NCBI GenBank assembly: GCA_020160975.1
Contig: JAIUPJ010000001.1
Span: 210,001-242,000 of the forward strand
Direction of reading: 5' to 3'
Length of the DNA stretch: 32,000 nt
Source: Candidatus Saccharimonadota bacterium
Lineage (GTDB): Bacteria; Patescibacteriota; Saccharimonadia; Saccharimonadales; Saccharimonadaceae
Under the pieces are notes generated by a model, which was not told where the DNA came from, ran no database searches, and worked only from the letters and a program-made list of their open reading frames with translations. This document shows positions 1-7,869 of the stretch, piece by piece (the first letter of the stretch is position 1; every line of letters begins with the position of its first letter). The position numbers were made by a program, and so were the translations under genes.

Positions 1-1290
1 AACGATTCCTCGCATCGGCTTCAAGGGGAGGAGCGCGTTTTGGAATTTACTTCCAAAACACAAGCGGAGGGGCATACCCCTCCTGTATTTGAAGCAAAGG
101 GTCAAGTCGTAATCTTTGACGGATTTCTGCGCGTCTATGGTGGCGGCAAAGAAGACGCACTTCTACCAAAGGTCAGTAGTGGTGACACGCTTACAGCGCA
201 TAGCATCGAAGCCAAGCAAGTCTTTGCACGCCCACCAGCTCGTTACTCCGAAGGCATGTTGGTCAAGAAGCTTGAAGAACTTGGCATCGGCCGCCCAAGT
301 ACCTACGCAACCATCATCAACACCGTCCAGACTCGTGGGTATGCCGAGAAAGGCGAGGACGAAGGCCAGCCGCGTTACGTTATCGTACTCACGCGCTATG
401 GCAGCGAAGCGGACCGATCGTCTCAAGACCAGACAGAAACTATCGTCCGCGAAGTTGTCCAGGAAAAAACCGGGAGCAACCGGGGCAAACTTGTCCCAAC
501 ACCGTCTGGCGAACTGATCAGCGACTTCCTCAGTAATCATTTCGAACAAGTTGTCGACTATGGGTTCACCGCCAGTGTGGAAGAGCATTTCGATGACATC
601 GCTGACAGCAAACTCGAGCGCAATACGATGCTACAAGATTTCTATACACCATTCCACGAGCTTATCGAAAAATCTGGCGACATCGACCGCAGCAAAGTAG
701 GCAATAGTCGCGAAGTCGGTATCGATCCAAAGTCTGGCAAGCCGATTTTGGCACGATTTGGACGCTTTGGCCCCATGCTTCAGCTCGGTGCCACCGAAAG
801 CGACGACAAACCAGAATTCGCCCCTATGCCACGTGGCGCCAAGATCGAGACCGTCACGCTCGAACAAGCTCTCGAAGCGTTCAAACTACCTCGTACAATT
901 GGCACAACAGAGGACGGGCAGGTGATTAAAGCAGCAATTGGCCGGTTTGGCCCATTTATCCAGATTGGCACCAAGACAAAGACCACCAAGCCGCTCTACG
1001 TCAGCCTCAAAGAAGACGACCCTCATGATATCACCGAGACACGCGCCCGCGAACTCTATGCCGCCAAGCTTCAGGCTGAAGCTGAGAAAAATATCGCCGT
1101 TTTCGGCACCATCAAAGTGCTCAATGGCCGCTTTGGCCCCTACATTACCGATGGCAAGAAAAATGTCAAAATTCCAAAAGACACTGATCCAACAACGATT
1201 ACCGAAGCCACTGCTAAAAAGCTGCTCGCCGAGGCACCCGCCAAAGGCAAGCTCCGCCGCACCACTCGCGGTAAAGCTCGGAACAAGTAG
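1..1290 (+). CDS. topA: DNA topoisomerase I, C-terminal ~430 aa (5' end upstream of window)
   Basis: Frame 1 is open from base 1, ahead of the listed 40..1290 ORF. Type IA motif GIGRPSTYATIINTVQTRGY. Three C-terminal GRFGP(M/F/Y) repeats and a Lys/Arg tail. Stop TAG at 1288-1290. Confidence 0.93.
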   Translation, partial: NDSSHRLQGEERVLEFTSKTQAEGHTPPVFEAKGQVVIFDGFLRVYGGGKEDALLPKVSSGDTLTAHSIEAKQVFARPPARYSEGMLVKKLEELGIGRPSTYATIINTVQTRGYAEKGEDEGQPRYVIVLTRYGSEADRSSQDQTETIVREVVQEKTGSNRGKLVPTPSGELISDFLSNHFEQVVDYGFTASVEEHFDDIADSKLERNTMLQDFYTPFHELIEKSGDIDRSKVGNSREVGIDPKSGKPILARFGRFGPMLQLGATESDDKPEFAPMPRGAKIETVTLEQALEAFKLPRTIGTTEDGQVIKAAIGRFGPFIQIGTKTKTTKPLYVSLKEDDPHDITETRARELYAAKLQAEAEKNIAVFGTIKVLNGRFGPYITDGKKNVKIPKDTDPTTITEATAKKLLAEAPAKGKLRRTTRGKARNK

Positions 1291-1313
1291 TAGAAGTTAC
1301 CTGGACTGTTGTG

Positions 1314-1700
1314 CCCCGGGGTACTGAAGCATTGATGTTCCGATGCAAAACGCTCATACTTGTCGAATCCACGCTTTTGTGCTTCGATATCATTACTGTC
1401 GTTCAATCAACCGAAACGAAGTAAGTCGTGCTCGTCAAAAGCACACTGTCGCGGCGCAATGCCGACCTCTCCCCACAGCAGGAAGCCGACTGGCTGGACG
1501 TTGTCAACCAGGTGCCCACGCACAGCAGCATGGGTCTCGGGCCGCCTACGCCCGTACGGATACCAGTGTCCGACCACTTCAAGCCACTACCGGACACCAA
1601 TCCGGCCATCATCTGTGGCGGGCTGGGCGGTGGCGTCTAGGACCGGTGAGCGACAAGACGCCCAGGAGTACAATGGAGTACTCCTGGGCGTCACTCTCAA
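1314..1700 (-). pseudogene. Possible degraded gene remnant (one minus-strand frame interrupted by two in-frame stops)
   Basis: The same minus frame is open over 1700-1590, 1586-1410 and 1406 downward. It is broken only by TAG (1589-1587) and TGA (1409-1407). The middle segment reads WLEVVGHWYPYGRRRPETHAAVRGHLVDNVQPVGFLLWGEVGIAPRQCAFDEHDLLRFG. The region is about 64% G+C by hand count (154/240 over 1441-1680). No family recognised. Confidence 0.2.
1657..1692. repeat. Perfect 15-bp inverted repeat (hairpin) with 6-nt loop
   Basis: GACGCCCAGGAGTAC-aatgga-GTACTCCTGGGCGTC. No T-run follows on either strand, so it is not a canonical intrinsic terminator. Confidence 0.85.
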
Positions 1701-1851
1701 CTATGGTGTACTATTTTCCACATCGTACTGTGGATTTTTTATTACATCAACAGGGGTGAAGGTTGACGCTTAGATTATTTATGAACAGGCTAACCATACT
1801 TTCTTCACAAAAAAAGTCCCAAAAAAGCATTTACCATAAGCGTCGACATTG

Positions 1852-1860
1852 TGGTACAAT
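1852..1860 (+). promoter_or_regulatory. Extended -10 element TGGTACAAT (possible upstream promoter P2)
   Basis: TGn+TACAAT in the AT-rich region upstream of the 1980 gene. No good -35. Confidence 0.3.
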
Positions 1861-1880
1861 AAATATAGAAGATTTGATGT

Positions 1881-1909
1881 TTGACATATTTAAAATTTTG
1901 TTCTATAAT
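1881..1909 (+). promoter_or_regulatory. Consensus sigma-70-type promoter
   Basis: TTGACA (1881-1886), exactly 17 nt spacer, TATAAT (1904-1909). Lies about 70 nt upstream of the ATG at 1980, which has a GGAGAG Shine-Dalgarno. Confidence 0.7.
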
Positions 1910-1979
1910 CAAACATGAATTGTATAGTAACGATAATTATTTCCTGAGGTGAGGCGGGGGAGACGGAGAGAACCACAAC

Positions 1980-3041
1980 ATGAGCGAGTCTGCACAAAAA
2001 GATACTGCAGCAACCCTGAATACGGCCGTTCAGGAGATCCTGAAATCAATCGATCAAGAGCGCGAGCGTGAAATCATCACGCGACGTTTTGGTTTGTTTG
2101 ATCGTCGCGAAACGCTTGAACAAATCGGCGAACTTCTTGGCATCACCCGTGAGCGCGTCCGTCAGCTCGAAAAAGCCATCCTCATCCGTCTGAAGATTGC
2201 TGCTAGCGAGGACAAAATTCCCGCAGTCCAAGCAACTGAGCGCTTGATCGTCCGCGATCTGTCAGAGAATGGCAGGGTTGGTCGAGTCCAAGATATCGCC
2301 GCCCGCATGACTGCTGTCAAGAGCCCAACTGCAGAAACAAAAGCACATGTAGCATTTGTTGCCGAGCTGTCTCCAAAGCTTACTGTCGTCAATGAGAACG
2401 ATAACTACCACCACGGTGTTGGTCTCGCAGAGAACGGCGACGAGAAAAAAGTTCGCTCACAGGTCGACGAAATCGTCAAAACCATCAAAAAACATGGCGA
2501 GCCAATCGATATCGAGGCGCTGCATGACATGCTGAGCTTTGAAAGCCCCAGCCAGGTTCGCGCTACCGCTAGCCTCAGTAAAGCCCTGGCACATCTCAAA
2601 GACGTCTGGGGTCTCGCCAAATGGCCAACCGTTAACCCAAAGAACATTCGCGACAAAATTTATGTCATCTTGGCAGACAATGGCAAGCCGATGCACTTTA
2701 GTGACATCGCGGGACACATCAAAGACAGTGATTTCAAGCGTAAAGATGTAACCACACAGGCGATCCATAACGAGCTGATCAAAGACAAGCGCTTCGTACT
2801 GATTGGTCGCGGCATCTACGCCCTCGATCAATGGGGCTATAGCAAGGGTACCGTCTCCGATATCATTACGAAAGTTTTGAAGAAGGCAGGGGAACCACTC
2901 CATCGGGACGAAATCGTCAAACGTGTACTCAAAAGCCGCCAGGTAAAGGAAACGACTATCCTCCTGAACCTCCAGAGCAAGCCGGAGTTCAAGCGTGTTG
3001 CTAAAGCGACCTACACGCTTGCCGAGCCAGCGGCTAAGTAA
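1980..3041 (+). CDS. Sigma-70 region 4 domain protein with two C-terminal HARE-HTH-like winged helix domains
   Basis: ETLEQIGELLGITRERVRQLEKAILIRLK matches sigma-70 region 4.2. Two modules resemble the RNA polymerase delta / HARE-HTH fold: IYVILADNGKPMHFSDIAGHI...GRGIYAL and SDIITKVLKKAGEPLHRDEIVKRVL...ATYTL. Confidence 0.7.
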   Translation: MSESAQKDTAATLNTAVQEILKSIDQEREREIITRRFGLFDRRETLEQIGELLGITRERVRQLEKAILIRLKIAASEDKIPAVQATERLIVRDLSENGRVGRVQDIAARMTAVKSPTAETKAHVAFVAELSPKLTVVNENDNYHHGVGLAENGDEKKVRSQVDEIVKTIKKHGEPIDIEALHDMLSFESPSQVRATASLSKALAHLKDVWGLAKWPTVNPKNIRDKIYVILADNGKPMHFSDIAGHIKDSDFKRKDVTTQAIHNELIKDKRFVLIGRGIYALDQWGYSKGTVSDIITKVLKKAGEPLHRDEIVKRVLKSRQVKETTILLNLQSKPEFKRVAKATYTLAEPAAK

Positions 3042-3182
3042 GCTTCTTCGCAAAAAGAAAAGATGATTTTTCTATGTGGGACTTTCTTACAACTTAGAGT
3101 GTACACCTAGAACTTAGGACTAATAACCAAGACCTCCTGGACTCTTCTCGTTGTTTTTTCAAAATCAAAATCCCGCTTACTC

Positions 3183-3211
3183 TTGCAAATTTCACAGAGG
3201 TGTGGTATAAT
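3183..3211 (+). promoter_or_regulatory. Promoter with extended -10
   Basis: TTGCAA (3183-3188), 17 nt spacer, TG-g-TATAAT (3203-3211). It sits inside the 5' end of the listed ORF 3200..6037, which argues for the ATG at 3227 as the start. Confidence 0.6.
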
Positions 3212-3226
3212 GAACTGAAACACGTT

Positions 3227-6037
3227 ATGTCATTTATTCTCGCATTTATCAATTTATTACTCCAGTGGTACGCCTGGCTACCCATCGTCGCAATTCTCGG
3301 CTACTTGACATGGCGCAATTACCAGCGAGTTGACATCGTCAAAGACATCGAGAGCGTGCTCTTGATGCTCGAGATCCCAAAGGCAAATGACAAAAGCGAG
3401 CTGGCTGCCGAACAGATGTTTGCCAGTCTTCACGGTATCCTACGAGACGCCAAGGAGCTCAAAGCCAACAGCGGCTACCAAGAACACCTCAGCTTTGAAA
3501 TTGCCTCGGTAGGAGGGCGTATTCAGTTCTACGTGTGGACACCGAAATCCCTCCAGAGTTTTGTCGAAGGGCAGATTTACGCCCAGTACCCCCAGGTGCA
3601 GATTCATGCCGCTGACGAAGATTACGTCACTCATGAACGCCAGCATAGCGTCGTCTACACCTCAGAGATCGTTCTCACTGAGAAAGAGTTTCTACCAATC
3701 AAGACTTTCCAAAGCTTTGAAGTCGACCCCTTGGCAGGTATCACTGGCACTCTCGCCAAGCTCGAAGACACCGACGAGGAGATTTGGATCCAAATCCTTG
3801 TTAGGCCAGTTCGCGACGATTGGCACAAAGCGGCAGATGCTTGGATAAAATCCGTCAAAAACGGCAATCTTAGCTTGTTTAGTGGCGGAAGCGGGGGAGC
3901 AGCCAAGTGGTTCGCCGGGCTGTTTGAAGCACTCTGGTCGCCACCTGAACAGGGAGTAGGCGCAGGTACAGCCAAGGAAGTCTCCGAACGAGACAAAACT
4001 CGCATCACAGAGGCCGAGAAAAAAGCGACCAAGCTCGGCTACCAAGTCAAAATCCGCATCGCCTACCTGGGGGAGAGCGCCTCGAATGCCAAGCTGCGCA
4101 TGCAGGGCATCGTTGGAACATTCAAACAGTTTAATAGCACCAACCTCAACGGCTTCAAGATTGCCAACGACAGTTTCGCGAAAGAATCTCTCGCCAAATA
4201 CAAAGCGCGCCTCTTTGCTGACCGCGGCTACCTGATGAATATCGAAGAAGTCGCCAGTGTCTTCCACTTGCCCCACACCAATGTTGAAACACCAAACATC
4301 GTCTGGGCGAGCACGAAGACCGCCGAACCGCCCGCTAAACTCCCGGTACTGACCGGCAACCCCGTTATCGACGAAAACATCTCAGCCTTTGGCATGACCA
4401 ATTTCCGCGGCATCAACCACCAATTCGGCATGCTTCGCTATGACCGCTCTCGCCATGTCTATATCATCGGACAAACCGGGGCAGGAAAGTCGGGGCTTCT
4501 CGAGCTGTTTGCGCTCAGCGATATCTTCCATGGACAGGGCTATGCGGTTATTGACCCGCACGGCGACTTTGCTATCAACAATATGCGTTTTATTCCTGGT
4601 TCGCGGCTCAAGGATGTCGTCTACTTTAATCCTGCCGACACCCAGTACCCGCTTGGGTTCAACCCGCTCGAGGTCACGAATCCAGAGCAAAAGACTAACA
4701 TCAGTTCAGAAGTCATCGGCGTACTAAAGCGCATGTTTGGCGACTCATGGGGCCCGCGTCTCGAATATATCCTTCGCTACACCATTCTCGCCCTTCTAGA
4801 TCGCCCGGAGACGACGATGCTCGACATCACCCGTATGCTGACGGACAAAAAATTTCGCAAAGATACCTTGAGCTACTGTACTGACACTGTCGTTCTGCAG
4901 TTCTGGAACGTCGAATTTGCCAGCTGGACTGACAAATTCCAGGCAGAGGCAATTGCTCCGGTTCTTAACAAGGTAGGGGCATTTACTGCCAACCCGGTGA
5001 TCCGCAACATCATCGGCCAACCGAAAAGCACCTTTAACATTCGCCAGATGATGGACGAAGGAAAAATCTTGGTCGTAAACCTCAGCAAGGGGCTGATTGG
5101 CGAGGATAACGCAGCGATTCTCGGTTCATTCTTGGTGACAAAGATCCAGCTTGCAGCCATGAGCCGCAGCGACACCCCTGATATCAAGGATCGACGGCCA
5201 TTCTATCTCTATGTCGACGAGTTCCAAAATTTCGCAACTGATTCGTTCGCTACCATCCTCTCTGAAGCGCGCAAGTACGGCCTCAATCTGACCGTTGCAA
5301 ACCAATATATCTCCCAGATGGGCGACACTGTTCGCGATGCAGTTTTTGGAAACGTTGGTACCATGATTTCATTTCGCGTCTCGGCCGATGACAGTCCGAT
5401 TTTGGCCAAACAATTCGAGCCCCAGTTTGAACCAAACGATCTCCTGCAGATGCACAACCGAAATTTCATCATCAATATGGTGATCAACGGCGAGAAAGCG
5501 CCAGCCTTTAGTGCCAAGACTCTTAATCTCCCGCCCTCTCAGGATGACAACACCGGTCGTATCATTCAGTGGACGCGCGAAAACTTCAGCAGGCCTCGCA
5601 CTGAAATCGAGCGAGAGATCAGCGAGCGCATTCTCCCCCCTGATCATCTCACCGTGAAACGCCCTGGCCCTGCCTATACTCCCCCTAAGAGCGATGAGCA
5701 ACGTGAAGCCGATCGTCTGGCTCGCGAGCAGCAGATGACCGCTCAGGGTAAAACCTGGCCCATCAGCAATGTCACACCCGACGAAGTAAATACTGCGTTG
5801 CAGACAGCAAAGCAGGGGAGTGTTCTTGCAAAATCCGAGGCCTATCACCCTGCTGCTACTGCCTTTGGTTCAAACAATCCCGAAGAAAAACCAAAGAAAA
5901 AACGCTCACGTACTCGTAAGCGCAAATCAGCTAGCAGTCAAGCAGGGGATCCGTCAAGCGAATCTCGTCGCTCGAACAGCGAGTCTCCTCAGCTCCCGAC
6001 TGCAGACCCCACGCTCCTCAGCCTTCACGATCGATAA
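3227..6037 (+). CDS. TraD/VirD4-like (FtsK/HerA-superfamily) P-loop ATPase with N-terminal TM segment and basic low-complexity tail
   Basis: Walker A YIIGQTGAGKSGLL and Walker B FYLYVDEFQNFAT. N-terminal hydrophobic helix LLLQWYAWLPIVAILGYL. C-terminal PKKKRSRTRKRK tail. Start moved from GTG 3200 to ATG 3227 because of the overlapping promoter. Confidence 0.8.
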   Translation: MSFILAFINLLLQWYAWLPIVAILGYLTWRNYQRVDIVKDIESVLLMLEIPKANDKSELAAEQMFASLHGILRDAKELKANSGYQEHLSFEIASVGGRIQFYVWTPKSLQSFVEGQIYAQYPQVQIHAADEDYVTHERQHSVVYTSEIVLTEKEFLPIKTFQSFEVDPLAGITGTLAKLEDTDEEIWIQILVRPVRDDWHKAADAWIKSVKNGNLSLFSGGSGGAAKWFAGLFEALWSPPEQGVGAGTAKEVSERDKTRITEAEKKATKLGYQVKIRIAYLGESASNAKLRMQGIVGTFKQFNSTNLNGFKIANDSFAKESLAKYKARLFADRGYLMNIEEVASVFHLPHTNVETPNIVWASTKTAEPPAKLPVLTGNPVIDENISAFGMTNFRGINHQFGMLRYDRSRHVYIIGQTGAGKSGLLELFALSDIFHGQGYAVIDPHGDFAINNMRFIPGSRLKDVVYFNPADTQYPLGFNPLEVTNPEQKTNISSEVIGVLKRMFGDSWGPRLEYILRYTILALLDRPETTMLDITRMLTDKKFRKDTLSYCTDTVVLQFWNVEFASWTDKFQAEAIAPVLNKVGAFTANPVIRNIIGQPKSTFNIRQMMDEGKILVVNLSKGLIGEDNAAILGSFLVTKIQLAAMSRSDTPDIKDRRPFYLYVDEFQNFATDSFATILSEARKYGLNLTVANQYISQMGDTVRDAVFGNVGTMISFRVSADDSPILAKQFEPQFEPNDLLQMHNRNFIINMVINGEKAPAFSAKTLNLPPSQDDNTGRIIQWTRENFSRPRTEIEREISERILPPDHLTVKRPGPAYTPPKSDEQREADRLAREQQMTAQGKTWPISNVTPDEVNTALQTAKQGSVLAKSEAYHPAATAFGSNNPEEKPKKKRSRTRKRKSASSQAGDPSSESRRSNSESPQLPTADPTLLSLHDR

Positions 6038-6230
6038 TCCTCACGGCCTTGGCAGCCCAGGCATAGACGCCAGTATACACCGGACATCCCCCTCCTGGGC
6101 TATGTTTATCATAGCAAGATTCTCCTATGCAACGAAACCTCACCTCTTCCACATCAGTGCCGAGCCCCTTTCTCTACCATGAGTCTCTCACAACATTACA
6201 AGGATAGCAGGATGCGAACAAAAATAGAAC

Positions 6231-6416
6231 TTAAATTTTTACTAAAAAATACCGAGCAATTAAAGCCGAGCCATAGAAAGTAACTGTGAGCCAACAAGCC
6301 AAAGCGAACATACGCGCAGAATAATTGAGATTACAGCCAGCAAGCAAGGGAACTGCAAACTGGCAGGCAAACAAAGATAAACAAAACAGCCAGAATAGAA
6401 AGCGGGCAATAGCCAT
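6231..6416 (-). CDS. Hypothetical small hydrophobic protein (61 aa, about 2 TM, Cys-rich)
   Basis: ORF only. No Shine-Dalgarno. It is isolated in an 857-bp gene-poor region. Hydrophobic composition FLFWLFCLSLFACQFAVPLLAG. Confidence 0.25.
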   Translation of the reverse strand: MAIARFLFWLFCLSLFACQFAVPLLAGCNLNYSARMFALACWLTVTFYGSALIARYFLVKI

Positions 6417-6894
6417 TCATATCAAAAGCAGAATATAATCAAACGTCGCACAATATATCTTTTACGACATTACCAATAATGAACAAAGACGAATCAGCAT
6501 ACCTCCTCTATGAGTGCTAAATTAGCTATATATCTCTCGTCAGGGGAGTTTTACTCTCTTTCGAATGGTACAGCTATATTCTATGTCTGATTAAACTGTT
6601 ACAGCTCCGCGTATAGTACACAGATGATCATTCCCAGAGGCACAGCCGGATACCGAGAATGCTTCAGCTGCCGTTGTAGTTTTCCACACGGTATTTGAAT
6701 TTTCACGCAGCATGTTGTATTGATTTGCTTTTTTCTAAAATTTATTACCCCCCTATCCTTTTTCCCTATTTTACAAGTATTTGCAATTACCCTATTTTTG
6801 TATGGTAGTATATGTTTTTTGTATATATATGAAATAGAACAAAACTAGAACACTATTCGATTGGTGAGGAGAGACACCCTTCTCTCACAACAAA

Positions 6895-7836
6895 CTATAA
6901 ATAGTACGCTTTGCCACTCACCCGAACATCTAGATATTGTGGAGTCGCACCGTTCGCACTGAGATGCTTAATAGCTCGCACTGCATCCTCTGCCTGCTCC
7001 CCTGCCGAACGATCAACATTGCATTTGATCGGATAGGCCACTCCATCAAGCTGCACTTCAACTTGCCTTGTAGTGTTGGCGGGCAAGATAACCTTATTCA
7101 CCGTATACCCCTGCCCTTTCATGCGTCCAATAATTTTACCGATAAACCCAAGCAGTCGATTGCTCGCCAACACTTGATTGCCGCTTGTCTCGATACCGGT
7201 TTGGTCAACAACCTCAACTGAAGGTTCGGGGTAGTAATTGCGCTCAAATGCATTACCGAGCCCATCAACATAAAACACCTGCTGTCCCGTGCGCCACATC
7301 ACCACCGGCTGTCTCATGGTAAGCGTAAATCTACTTTGACCAATGCCAGCAAATTGCGACGTACTATCAATCGATGCGACTTCCGGAGCGCCATTCTCTT
7401 GGAGATATGCAGTCATAGCACGTGTATCTACCGTCGTCCTCAGACGCTGAAAAATATGTCCTGCAAAATACTCATTCATCTCTTTCTCGTAGCGCGCTGC
7501 ATCAATTGGTATTGGCGTTGAAGCTACTGCACGTGGACTGGCAACTGACTGATAAATCAAGAACCCCAGCAGCCCCATCGCTCCCAGAACAAGCATCAAT
7601 ACCGTCATGAGTCGACGCCGATGGGAGCGCAAATCATGGCCATGCACCCGAGGCGATCGAAGCTCCATATTATGAACGTTAGCACTCACGACGTCGGAGG
7701 ATAGGCTGCCAGTCAGCGTTCGATTACGGCGAAAGTTATAGCGTTGCTCGAGCTCTTGGTCGCCATTGGTTGCAGCGCGAGAAGAAGACCGCCTTCGTGC
7801 CGGTGAGGCTGATTGCTTAGAACGAAACAGTTTCAT
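6895..7836 (-). CDS. ftsQ: Cell division protein FtsQ/DivIB-like
   Basis: Basic N-terminus, one TM helix (LMTVLMLVLGAMGLLGFLIY) and a POTRA-like ectodomain. It occupies the last position of the dcw cluster, after murG. Confidence 0.7.
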   Translation of the reverse strand: MKLFRSKQSASPARRRSSSRAATNGDQELEQRYNFRRNRTLTGSLSSDVVSANVHNMELRSPRVHGHDLRSHRRRLMTVLMLVLGAMGLLGFLIYQSVASPRAVASTPIPIDAARYEKEMNEYFAGHIFQRLRTTVDTRAMTAYLQENGAPEVASIDSTSQFAGIGQSRFTLTMRQPVVMWRTGQQVFYVDGLGNAFERNYYPEPSVEVVDQTGIETSGNQVLASNRLLGFIGKIIGRMKGQGYTVNKVILPANTTRQVEVQLDGVAYPIKCNVDRSAGEQAEDAVRAIKHLSANGATPQYLDVRVSGKAYYL

Positions 7837-7869
7837 AATGCTACTGGTATTATATCAGACAAGCCGTTG

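Noticed and set aside
1362-1370. GGATTCGAC on the minus strand (plus-strand gtcgaatcc). It resembles the conserved 5' element of tmRNA or a tRNA T-arm.
   Set aside because: No GGGG acceptor start sits 7-8 nt upstream, and no T-stem pairing is possible. A ~350-nt tmRNA running downstream would have to overlap topA, and there is no ...TCCACCA 3' end.
1407-1589. In-frame TGA and TAG in the GC-rich remnant as evidence of an alternative genetic code (for example UGA=Gly).
   Set aside because: All recognisable genes in the window are intact under the standard code. Several end in TGA (rnhA, the kinase, tfoX, ldh2 and the gene upstream of recO). Pseudogenisation is the simpler explanation.
2457-3053. 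Long antisense ORFs. Examples are 2457..3053 (198 aa), 3692..4276 (194 aa), 9047..9544 (165 aa), 20574..21122 (182 aa), 23853..24404 (183 aa), 24733..25233 (166 aa) and 25262..25591 (109 aa).
   Set aside because: Each lies entirely opposite a gene with clear family motifs. Their compositions are Arg/Ser/Cys-rich and low-complexity, they have no SD or promoter, and they show no recognisable domains. They are shadow ORFs typical of mid-GC coding DNA.
3200-3226. GTG 3200 as the start of the TraD-like ATPase, as listed in the ORF track.
   Set aside because: The first 27 nt coincide with a TTGCAA-17-TGgTATAAT promoter. The ATG at 3227 begins directly with the hydrophobic N-terminal helix.
6864-6888. 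A hairpin downstream of ftsQ as an intrinsic terminator.
   Set aside because: Only a 6-bp GAGAGA/TCTCTC stem forms cleanly, and no U-tract follows on the minus strand.
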